64,000 nt of DNA from Gonapodya sp. JEL0774 (Eukaryota). Below the pieces are notes generated by a model. That model made no database searches. It saw only the letters and a list, made by a program, of their open reading frames with translations, and was not told where the DNA came from. The DNA is taken from positions 62,001 to 126,000 of the forward strand of contig JADIIX010000055.1 of NCBI GenBank assembly GCA_027604505.1. The letters run 5' to 3'. Of this stretch, positions 25,582-40,206 are shown one piece after another. How positions within the stretch are numbered: position 1 is the stretch's first letter; the number at the start of each line of letters is the position of its first letter. The position numbers and the translations under genes were made by a program.

Positions 25582-26045
25582 GAGAGATTTCTCCATGAGA
25601 CCCAAAGACTGTGATTAACAACGTAAGCAAGTGGCTTGCAAGCATTGTCATAGAATATGAATGCTGCTGAAAGTTACTGAGAGCCAAGTGTAGTGGGGCT
25701 GTCACTACGTATCAATCTCAGCCCTCTATGATGGGATGGTGGCCTAGTGATAGGCCTGGAGTATGAGATGATGTGGAGTGTGATCTTATTGTGTGGTGCT
25801 AGTTGTGCCTTATATACATGTGTAGGCTGTGGTCATGTGCAAGGTGTCAATACCACAACACAAGTGTGCACTGGCACAGTACTTTAACAGTTACCTTGCA
25901 GAGGGTGTGCAATCCACATGATTTTCAACAGTTTGTAGAGCCTCTGGATCATATTCCTCATGTTTTGATTGCATGGACAGGGGCCCTGGATTCTTGTGTG
26001 GCTGACTGTTGTGCCAAATATCACTGTGGTTTTGCCAGTTTTGTG
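24443..26045. repeat. Diverged direct repeat pair (~145 bp; copies at ~24443-24585 and ~25902-26045)
   Basis: Both copies share 'gtgtgcaatccacatgattttcaa', 'agagcct', 'ttcctcatg', 'tggattcttg' and 'tgccaaa'. Confidence 0.8.
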
Positions 26046-26685
26046 TTGAGGGAGGGTTACCACTGCACCCCCATGCACCACTGACTAACACCAACCCCAG
26101 TTTTGAGTCATCACACTTTCTTCGGCTGTTTGTTTCTGCCCACAACATGCTATATGGTCTGTCCACCAGGAGTGCTCCCACTGCCAAATCTGCCATACTG
26201 AAATCGCTTCAGCAAGGGATTTGCACAAAGAAACACAAAAACAAAAGAGCAAAAAATGCACACCTGATTTGGTGTACACACACAATCTATGGATTGCAAT
26301 TGGGGTGTTGGAGCCCTGTGACATGTGTGTGGGCTTTCTAAGTGACATTGTTGCTACAGACTCCTACAGGGAAAACGAGGGTATAACCTAAAGGACCCGT
26401 TTACCCAACAAAAATAATTGAAAAGAACAGCAGGGGGACACGGGAATTGTGATTGTAATCGGGAAATTTTCTGGCCAGTGCCGGTGCCAGGTCCCAACAC
26501 CACGGAGATGTTCGTGGGGAACAGACGGATGCTGGGTGGGGCGGAAGGGAGGGGAGGGGACGAGTCGAGAGGTTTCGGAGGTTTAGGAGTTGTGGTGGAG
26601 GAAGACGGGGCTGCCAGTGGAAGGTGGAAGTGGGATTGGGGGTGGGGGGTGGGGTGGCGGGTCGGCGGGGTGGGGTGGGGGAAGG

Positions 26686-26696
26686 ANNNNNNNNNN
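26686..26696. other. Assembly gap (run of N) inside a G-rich tract
   Basis: 10 N bases next to GGGGT repeats. Confidence 0.95.
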
Positions 26697-26993
26697 GTCG
26701 TGAGTTGGGGGTGGGCGGACAGGAAGTTGGGAGAGACAACCATCCATCGGACAGGTGAGAAGGGCAGAGTTGGGAGCGGGCAGAGTGGACTGAGTCTGAC
26801 TGAATCTGTCTGCGTGTCCGTCTGCGTGTCTGCGTGTGGTCTGGTTCTGGCGCGTCCCCCACTTGGACTCCATCACCCATCATCACCCAATCACCCCCAT
26901 TCACTCCCATCATCACCCACACTCCACCCATACCAACCCCACTCCTCCCATCCCTCCAACACTCCCTCACTCCCTCCCTCCTCAGAACTCAGG

Positions 26994-28689
<1,696 letters not shown>

Positions 28690-29062
28690 GCGAAGCTCGC
28701 TTTCGGGTCGGGTTTCGGGATACGGGTGGTGGATGTGCGTGGCGTTTGTGGGACGTGGGACGTGTTGTTTGGGGCATGTGGGGCCGTGTATGGGGTTGTG
28801 GGGCGGAGCGTGTATGGCTTGTTAGTCTTTGGGTTTGTGGTGGTGGGAGCAGGTAGCACGTAGCAGGTAGCAGGTACACAAATAGGGGACGCACCTTTGC
28901 ACTTAACGGACCGAGTCGTCGAAATGGGCGGTGCCCGTTGTCCGTGGTGGTGGCGCCACGACTTTGGGTGCAGGACCCTGTGGTGTGCTCCGAATCCATG
29001 AATACCATTCATTGCAGCGCAGGGCAGCGGGTGCCCACTCAATGCCCCTATCGCAATCCTCC

Positions 29063-29115
29063 CCCTCCTTGTACGACCCACCCGCACTTTCTTCTTCCTG
29101 CAATTCGTCGTGCGC
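29063..29115 (-). repeat. Inverted partial copy of the RPL40 exon 4 end and intron 4 start
   Basis: Its reverse complement 'aattgcaggaagaagaaagtgcgggtgggtcgtacaaggaggg' aligns to 28325-28362 'aattgcaggaagaagaagtgcggtgggtagaaggaggg'. Confidence 0.85.
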
Positions 29116-30068
29116 ACAAGCCCCGTGCGTGCGGTGCGCCGGGACTTGCCCGCCGCACCCAACACCGCCCTCACCCCGCACCCCGCACTCTCTTACCAGC
29201 CACCCTTCATCCGTTTACCCGTTACCAGGGGCTCGCGATTGCGTGAGTCGTAGGTCCCCCTCGCACCTCGCACCCCGCCCTGCACCCATTCAGGCACACT
29301 TTTCACGTTTCACTTTTCACGTGCACTTTAAACCCCCCCCCCCCCCCAACCCCCAATCCCCCCCACCTTGGGCACCACGTCTGTACGAGAAGGCAGGTGG
29401 AGTCGGTCAGCTCCGGGCCGGTGCCCGGTGCATGTAGGTCTATTGTTTTGCGTTGGTTTATCTCCTTGTGCGTGGTGGTGGGAGGACGAGACGCGAGGCA
29501 CGAGCACAGGGGGCGAGGTCACCTGGTGCCGTGCCAAGGGGTGGCCGGTGCAACGGGGGTGGCGTGCAGCATGAAACGGGGGGAACGGCCACTTGGGTGA
29601 AGTGAAGTGGTGAACGATCCAAGATGACGAACCACGACGAGCTTTGGGACGGAACCGACTCGGTGGGTCGTGGCGTTACATTACACACATGTATATGTAA
29701 CGTGGATTACACCACACCCGGATGGGCAAATCAAATGCAAGCACGCCATCGATCGACGCGCTGTGTTCGGTTTTGTTTGTGTTGCTGGGTGCGGGGCAGG
29801 GCAGGACAAAGGCAAAGGGGCAGGTGGCGTGCTCTTGGGGGTCGGCTGGGGAATTGCGAAGACTCCCCCCCCGTCATGTGTGCAAGCATTTCACTGTCCA
29901 TCACTGTACCCACGACACTCGGTTGAAAGACTATAGGAGTCACCATTCTATCCCTTGCTCAACTAAGTACTTTATACCGTCGCATAGTTCGGCACCTACA
30001 ACGTGGTCGACCGTACACTTCCACTCTACTGCGTCGATCCACCCCACCCACAGCCGGCATCGCCCGCC

Positions 30069-33000
30069 ATGAACATGATCGCAGGAAACGCAGGGTCGGG
30101 ATCTGGACGAGGTGGCGGCGATCGTCGTGGTGGGAATGGTGGCGGGGGGTGGGAGAACTTTGGCGAGGTTCGGTCGGCATCTCTCAGTTTTGGGTCCTTT
30201 CCCTCCCATTTGCAATGAACGACACTCTCATCTGATTCGCTCACCACACAGTATTTTCGGGACAAGAATCGAAAACTTAAAGAGCAGGATGCGGCGGTGC
30301 AGGCTGCAGACGGGGAGTCGGTAGTGTTCAAGGGGACAAAAATATACATTGATGTGAGTACTTGTAACCCCTGTGGGAACGAAGCTACTGCAGGTCGAAG
30401 TTTCCCATGAAGTGAGCAACACGATGAACTCCCTCACTAGGGCTGGACTGATCCACCAGCGCACGAACTCAAGAAAATGATATGTATGTACCACCACTCC
30501 ATTTGGCGCAAGCCTCAACCCCCGGTCCAAAGACCATTTCCATTTTCTACTTGCACGTGCGTATCACAATTTTCTGCCGGGTACACAACTGCCAGTGAAA
30601 GCGGGCGGCGAGTATGAACAGTACTTCCGCAAATCAGTGGTCACGCATGTGGTCGCTAGTAACATGACTGCGCGAAAAGTGTCCGAGTGGGGGTAAGCGA
30701 AAACTTCATCCTTGCATCACTCTTGCCTTGTACATCTCAAGTGTCACTGATCCTATTTCAACCTTACCCACAAGAACTGTCAAAATTCTCACACCTAACT
30801 GGATCACCGATAGCCTCGCCCACGGAAAACTTCTTCCTTGGAATCGTTATAAGCTCATTCCTGTCTCGTCCTCTCAAGGAAAGATTTCTGCCGTGGTTGA
30901 AGTCAGACAAGAAACCCCTGCGTCAGAATACAAGGGACTGCAGGGAATCGCGGGGAAAGCATTAGAGTTGAGCGAGAGGACGGTGAAGGAGTCACAGATA
31001 CAAACGCTGACGGATGGAGCACGACACGATGGGACCGCTTCTACGAGCTTGAACGCGGTCGTGGAGGGACCCAAGTCTATGCCAAATGCCATCTCCGTGG
31101 ACCCAAATCCCTTCACAGATTTACTGGAGAACGACACTTTGGACGTAGTAGCACAAGAGGGACGTAGTTCCGTCCAGGTCGAGCATGACATCATGGATAT
31201 TGTTCCCATCTCCAAGGATGCACCAACACCACCACCTTCCGCTCTGGTTTCAGTCAGTCCAATCACAACCGCCATTCCTCCTCTGTCGACTGCGAATGCA
31301 CCAGCATTTGCACTCCCATTTGGAGCTGCAATTAGTCCTGCGGAAACCAACACGACTTTCCCGCGTCCTGGCACCCCGCCTTTCTCGTCTAAATCTCCAT
31401 ACCCACAACCAATCCCCCATATCGATCCCGCCACACCGCCCGCCACCCGCACAGTGCAGAATTGCTCCGCTTCTGTGTCTGCCGCGGTATCCCCGGACCA
31501 CCCAACGATGGTTGAATTGTCAACAGAGTGGGGAAGAAAGAACTCGACGGTGACCGAGGGATTTTTGGAGGGATTCTACTCAAATTCGAGGTGAAGTAGT
31601 GTGACGGTTGGTTGAGTGGATGTGCCCTGATTTGATTGATCCCGTGTTTGCCAGATTGCATCTGATTTCCACCACGAAGTTGGAGCTCCAGGAATTTGTG
31701 GAGAAGGAAATGCAACTTCGTGCACCCACTGCAACCGGGAAGTCATCGGGACGGAAGGACAAGACGTACATGGTGCTTGCCCTCCGTCACGAAGAGTTCA
31801 TGTGCAGCAGTTTAATCATTGATCTTGCTTGTCCTGCGTTTACAACAACCAACCCAAACACACACCCCTCCCACGCCCCCTTTCCACCACCCCCTTCCGG
31901 ACTCCATTACAGCATATTGATTTGGACTGCTTCTTTGTCTCCGTCTCCATCCGCGACCGCCCTGATCTTTTAGGCAAACCTGTCGCCGTGACCCACGGTT
32001 CTGCTTCCAAAGACTCTCGGGCCGACATCGCCAGCTGCAGCTACGAAGCGCGGAGGTTTGGTGTGAGCAATGGGATGTGGTTGGGTGAGGCTAAAAGGAA
32101 GTGTCCCGAATTGATATTAGTGCCGTACGATTTTGAGAATTATGTGGCTGTGGCCAAGGACATGTATAGGGTGGGTTGATTGCGCTGATCATGTTGGGGT
32201 GCTATCAGAATATGCACACTCTTTGTCTGCAGGTGCTCGTTTCTCATGCTGATGATATCGAGGCAAAATCGATCGACGAAGGTGCGTCGTTTACCCCTCT
32301 CGCATTCTTCACTTCATATCATAATCGTGCCGATACTCCAGCTGTCATTGATGTGACGTCTCGGGTCGGTGATCGCTCCCCTGAATCCGCTCTAAGTCTT
32401 GCGGAAACAATACGGGCCGAGATTAAGTCCAAGACAGGATGTAATGCCAGTGTTGGGATATCTAGTAATCTGCTGCTTGCCAGGTAGTTTGAAAACATTC
32501 CAAGTTTGCACGCTCCGTTGGGTTTGACGTTGGTTTTGTGGAAAGAGTTGCCACCAAAAAGGCGAAACCCAACGGAGCATTTTACCTTGGGATGGAAAAC
32601 GCTTCTGAATTTTTGGCGGGACAGAAGGTGGACAGCCTACCGGGGGTTGGTTGGGCGATTGCAAGGAAGCTTTTGGAAGAGAAGGTGGGTGTATATCTCA
32701 ATATCAATATGCTTTGTACAGTATATTGATAAATGTTTGATGGAAAGAAAATCACTACTGTTGGCCAGCTCGCACAGTTATCCAAAGCTGAATTGCAAAG
32801 AGATTTCGGGGACAAGACTGGAGAATCGTTGTACAACTTCGCCAGAGGAATCGATGATCGCGTCATTAAGGTGTGTGCGCACTGTGCCATGCAAACAATA
32901 GAATGCTTGTTGATCGTACTTTTTGACTAACAGAGGGATGCTCAACGTTCCACTGTTTCAGCCGAAGTAAATTGGGGTGTGCGCTTTGAGAATCGTGACC

Positions 33001-34506
33001 AACTCGATACCTTCCTCTCCCAAGATCTCACCAAAGAAGTTGTGAAGCGCCTAGCAAAGGTAGCGAAAAAGGGCGCTGCTATCACACTGAAGGTTCTCAA
33101 AAAGAAGCCCGAGGCTCATGTGGCCACAAAATCACTCGGTCACGGCTGGACGGATGCTTTTTCGAAGACGAGACAACTCGGAGTGGCCACGAACGACGTT
33201 GATGTCATTGGACGAGAGGTGTTGGGTCTGCTGCGGGGGTTCGAATTGGACCCATTGGATGTCCGGGGCCTCGGTATCTCAATGTCTCGCCTGGTAGATG
33301 CTAAAGCTGGTTCGTTGTGGAGCTGAAGTGGGTCCGGCTCAGAATCAGTAACCGCGCATATCCCTATTCTCACTTTTCAAAAGATGGACAGAAGACTTTA
33401 GATTTTTTCAGCGTTCCGACGAAAACAAGTGCTCAGAAAGAGCAAGAGTCCAAAAGTGACACTTCACGACATCTACCTGGAACAGGTGGGTGCCCACGAA
33501 TTTCCCGTCCGGGCGGATGATCCAATTTCTGTTATGCAGTACCAGGGAATGGGTTCAAAGTCCCTTTTCCGAAGGACAAGACCAAGCGTGTTGCCAATCC
33601 TCCTGCTGTGTCACCGCAGGCTCCCGGAACCTCTCTTTCCATGGATGTTGTGGAGGAATTCCGTGCCCCTAACGTCAAAGTGATGGACCCGAGACCGGGT
33701 GCATCGTCGAGCATCACTGCGTCACAGATTGATCCCGGAGTGCTATCAGAACTTCCTGCAAACCTTCGTGCTGAGATCATACGAGAATACCGAATGCATG
33801 GCGGACAATCGTCCAGCACTGAGTTGAGAGTGAAGTCACCTCCAGCTAAACGTCAGAAAACGAAGCGCTCTGGAGTTGCTACGTTGGTTGAGCGGAATCA
33901 AGCAAAGGCTAATTGGTCCGCAAGAACCGGAGGGAGCTCCAACGCGCACCCACAGGGACTGCCACCTGAATCTCAGCTGGACGAAAGTGTATTGGGCGAG
34001 TTGCCAGAAGAGATTAGAAGAGAGGTTGAAGTAGCGTACGGGAAAGCAAGAAAGGTGGGTGAACCGATGATTATGATTTCTCGCACTTCTGATCTCTTCC
34101 TGAATTGGCTATACTGTCCCAGACCCATGCGCCGGAAAAGTCAAAGCGACCGCTCACCAGTTCCAGCCACCCGACCTTATTAGGCGTCCCATCGACAAAC
34201 TTGGATGGCCTCCGCGGTGTTCTTGATTCTTGGGTTTCCTCTACTGTTCCAGAAACCGGTACAGATGCTGACGAATTGTCTCCGAGCCAAAAAGGTCCGC
34301 TCAAGGAAGACACACTGGCAGTGACGAAGTTTCTCATTGACGCCGTGAGTGCGGGGGAATTAGAATGTGCTGAGTTACTGTGCTTGTATCTTCGGAGACG
34401 AACTGCGGGAATTGAAGAGTGGGGAAGCGTCACCGCCAGCATTTTGGAACAAGTGCAGATTGAAGTGAGGCAGATTTGGGGGAAGGGGTTGAAAAGGTTA
34501 AATTAG
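30069..34506 (+). CDS. REV1: Y-family translesion DNA polymerase / dCMP transferase Rev1
   Basis: N-terminal 'FGEYFRDKNRKL' and BRCT ('VFKGTKIYIDG', 'THVVASN', 'ILTPNWITDS'). Catalytic region 'FYSNSRLHLIST', 'HIDLDCFFVSV', 'IASCSYEARRFGV', 'SIDEA'. Two UBM motifs ('SQIDPGVLSELP', 'SQLDESVLGELP'). Rev1 C-terminal domain. Confidence 0.95.
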
Positions 34507-34652
34507 CTGGTTGTACATAGCTTCTGTTCTGACAATGCCAGTATTGTGAGCATGATCGCATTACACACTGCAATATCTGAATTATGAATTGTGAAGACCA
34601 GCCGACACAGACGATCACATCACAGACGATTTCTTCACCTCATTGATCAAAC

Positions 34653-36391
34653 ATGGACGATCCCGCTCAACCACGCCGTCAAGCCCACCTGGAAGCAATT
34701 GAAAAGGTACAGCACCAGCAGTATGAGATGTACGGCTCACAGTCTGCGGGGGAATCCCTCGAGGACCCTCCGCCAGTCGTAACAACCGAACCTCCACCTG
34801 CAATCGCGGCGTCCACCGACGGTACGACTCCAGTCGTGACGCCGCAAAAGGCGTCCACCATCACGTTCAGATTTGACGGGCAGACTGTTCAAACGGATCG
34901 CGACGCGGACTTCGAGTTTCATATCGAAGACCACATGATTCTAAGACTGCCACCAGGGAAAATCAGGGATACAGTCAAAAAAATAGTTCGGGACAGGAAA
35001 GATGAGAACCTGATAAAGCTCAGGTTTCACAGTGGGTAGAGTGATGGATAGCACACGTCATTCCCCAACACCTCGAAGGCTTCAACTCTCCACACGTTCA
35101 GACTCCCGTCAAGCCACCTTCTCCGTGGGCACGTCCCAACATCGCGCGACACTTCAAGACCTACCTTGCATCATCGAATCCCAAATCACCCCCGACAAAA
35201 AGACTCTGTATAAAGTTGCTGATATCAGTCAAATACTTGTGGTGGAACCTGAAGGGCCATTCGAGACTTGGGAGCTTGAACGAAAAGTACCAGCGGCTCG
35301 GGAGCAAATGAAGGCTGCCCAAGAGGCAAAGTACGTACACTTGGATGGGCTCACTCCACCAATGAGACGTGTGAAAATCAGACGCTTTCGAAAGAGGCTT
35401 GTGAAGAAGATGGTGGGTAGATATGAATTTTGGACTTCGGAACCAACGATTCGAGCCCACCGTATCTGAAAGGATAAATACCACACCGGTGTCGAGTGAA
35501 TGTGATCGGCTAATTGGAAGCGTTCTCAGTCTTCCAAAGAAGTGACTGTTGCTCCACACTTAATACGTTCCTCTGCGCTCTTTATGTTCCATTCGCGCGA
35601 AGACCTACGAGTCCATAGAACAAGAAGTGATCAAACTTTTGGAAGAAGACGCCAAATCCTTGACGAGTAGATGGGGTGAGCACGGTTTCATGTCTGGCGG
35701 CTCTAATCTATAGCAGGATTAATTTTTGCTCTGGTACCTGCCATCTCCAGAATGGACCGACTACCATCCGGATGATTTCGGTCCGGTAGACAGTTATCAT
35801 GACGGAGACCCAACCACGCCTGAATCCTACGCGTTCTCGCAATCCAGTCCTCCAGACCTCTCTGCCAGTGCATCAAATCCGGAAGCGGACGGGGATGCTG
35901 ACGGAGATGATATTGACGGTGAGGAAGACTTAGCACTGGATATTGAAAGGGAGTTGGAGAAGGATTTGAACAAAGAAGATGAGGCCGAAGAGGAGGATGA
36001 CGACGATGGTTCCAGTGTCGCGGGTGGCGAGGACGGGAAAGGCAGTCCACGACGGCGGGGACGGCGACCAGAAGAGGATGACGATTGGGAGGACCTTGCG
36101 CAGGCTGAAGGAGAAGGGGACGTGGACGGTGAAGATGGAGAGGACGACGAACCTCGGACTTCACTCGCAGACCTGCTCGGTCAACTATCACGATTCCGAG
36201 CGGAACTTGTGGACCTGGAGAGGAAGGCGAGAGATAAACAGAAGGAAATGAGAGAGACTAGGAACGATATAAGGCGAGCAGCTTTAGCAAGAGTACACAA
36301 AGACGTGGTGAGCATGAGGGATGGGGTAAGGGAGAAAGTGGCGAGGTTAGAGAAGGAGGTTGAGGAGAGGAAAGGAAAGAAGAAAGATTAA
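34653..36391 (+). CDS. TAF7: TFIID subunit TAF7
   Basis: 'IEDHMILRLPP', 'ATLQDLPCIIES...KTLYKVADISQILVV', 'GLTPPMRRVKIRRFRKR', then an acidic middle region and a C-terminal coiled coil. Confidence 0.9.
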
Positions 36392-36512
36392 GGTGTTGAC
36401 TACCCAAATCAATCTTTTGGTATATTGTAACTGATGTAGTAAGATAAGCAGATTGTCGAGATTGACGTTGCAACTGTGATACTGTGTGTGGGAAAAAGTT
36501 CGTAAGGTATCT

Positions 36513-38242
36513 TTAACTCTCCTCCTTCCTGTCTGATTCACTGATCAAGGTCATTGCTGACAAATCTCTTGTCATCTTCCCACCACCACTTCGAACCGAC
36601 TGCCATCTTAAGGCTGAAATGACTTTTTTGACTTTTGCCGTCGCACGATGGATTCTCGAAGGAGCTCTCGGGATGCTCGCTTGGGTGATAGATCCATTTG
36701 CAATGTTAAAAGAGAGACTTCCAGCGTCATCTGCGAGAGCTTTCAGCCACGATGATTCAGCGTTGGAATGTCCCAACTCCTTCTTCATCAGAATATCCCA
36801 AACTCTATCCCGAGTTGGCCCATCATTGATGCTCCCATACATCACAAACTCATCAAATGTGAGTGTCAAGTCATCATTGTGACCGGGTGATTCCGATATT
36901 AGAAGATTGTGATCCCACTCCTCCAACTGTTGTGAGATGCTCTCGTGCAAAGATCGTCGCCACAAGTGAGCAGACGGATGATCAGATGACATCCTTCTGG
37001 ACACGCTTCCAAACAACACTTTTGATATCACAGACTGCGTATGTTCCGAGGATGTGGTAATGGGTTTCTTCGGGCAGTGACCTGTCAGCTCGCTAACGAT
37101 TACGATGGCGTCCTGATTCACTCGGCGCCCTCGCTTTGATCGACGATCTCCCGACAATATTCGAGGTTCGAAAGGTTGTAGCTGCATCTTCAGCTTCTGC
37201 ACAAAATTATCGTCCCAAATCATCTTGAGACTGAAACGGTTTGCCGGGTTCGGGTCGGTCATTTTCGCGACGAGATGTGCAAAGGAAGAAGACCCCATTG
37301 TGCGCTCGAGAATTATGCTCATCTCTTCATTTGCTTCTACGTCAAGACCACAGTCCAGACGCAGGGCACGCAACACTTCATAAACTGTACGCCCCATTGA
37401 ATAAACGTCCCATAGCTCACAGTCAACGGTGGCCTGACTGGAAGTGTCCGCAAGAGCCTCAATAACTTCTGGTGGGGTGTACGGCGGACTCTGCCCAGTG
37501 GGAACAGCCCTTGTGGAGGAAGTGAAGATGTGGCCTACACCAGGGTCGATTAGAACAGCCTTTGAGGGTGTTAAGTCCGAGTTCATTTGTACAAGAATGT
37601 TATCGGGCTTGACATCGTTGTGGGAGAGGCCATGGTGGTTAAAATGCCTGTGGGATCAGGAGAGATATTAGCAGCGTTCACGCAAGTCAAATGCTAGAGT
37701 ACCCACACCAGGGCTCGCAAGATTTGTACAAAGATTTTCATTGTTTCTGAATGAATGCCCTCCCAAGTGACAGTTCTCTTTCGAAACCGCCCGATTTGAA
37801 TGGTCAAATATTCAACCCACGTCACCGCATTTTCCACAAACTCGGTCACGAGCACCGCGCTCTCCCTCGAGACGAGCGCTTCCACTACGCGAGACACGTT
37901 TGGGTGGGACCCCAACACCTTGCCGATTACCGACTCCCGAACGAAATTTTCTGCGCCAGAAGAGGATTTGACGAGTTCTGCAATGCTCCTTCTTTTAATT
38001 GCAACGTTTGTCCCACTCCCTGCGATGGTTGCGAGTTGTATCGCTCCGTCTGCCTGCCCTCCAGTCCCAATTGCCGTCCCCGCGAAGATGAATCTAGACC
38101 AACGCATTCCCTTCGCGATGGCGCCACTCCCATCTTTTGCAACAGGAAATGGGTCGTCCACAACCGTGAATGAGGCGGAAAGATGGATTGGAGCGGCGGG
38201 CAATCGCTTTTTCGTGAACGACAATCGGCCAATTTCCATCAT
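36513..38242 (-). CDS. Divergent Ser/Thr protein kinase (single intron)
   Basis: 'IGTGGQADG', 'VAIKR', 'FVRES', 'HPNVSRV', 'LVTEF', 'HNDVKPDNILV', 'LIDPG', 'YTPPEV', 'DVYSMG', 'DPNPANRF'. Intron ~37648-37706. Confidence 0.8.
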
Positions 38243-38556
38243 GAGCAGGTGCCGAAAAACGTTTAGCGTTCTACAGTGTCTTTGAAAAGAGCGCGCCGAA
38301 AGACACAGTTGTCACCGTGAGCTGTCAATTCTGATGAGCGGGGATTGTGGCAGATTGTATTTAACGCCGCCGGCGGCGAAGGCAGGGCAAAAAAAAATGG
38401 GATTGACTGAATTCATTGTACAAGGCAGATACAGCAGGAGAGAGTCAACTGTCTCGAGTAATCCTTTGTGATTTGTACGGAATGTGTATGCATCGGGATG
38501 AAATGCGTAAACATGACTCTGCTTTGGCTCGCTGATGACGGACGTTTGGAATTCAC

Positions 38557-40092
<1,536 letters not shown>

Positions 40093-40206
40093 TATATGTT
40101 TAGACTTTGGTTACACAAGTGAACGTTCACTCATGTTTATGTACAATGTGATCAAATTGCCCAACACGGTACAAAATGCAATTGCACCATAAAATTCTAC
40201 GCGAGT

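Larger units (their letters stand above)
22000..26370. mobile_element. Degenerate repeat/transposon-relic block, CpG-depleted, with no intact ORF
   Basis: 4.4 kb without recognisable genes, lower GC, and many 60-nt lines with no CG. Contains three pairs of diverged direct repeats. No transposase or RT motif could be recognised, so the element class is unknown. Confidence 0.55.

Noticed and set aside
24360..26196. Similar short ORFs (...SKHEE...ENHVDCT...) suggesting a small-peptide family
   Set aside because: The similarity comes from the nucleotide repeat B, frames are not preserved beyond it, and there is no splice or codon evidence.
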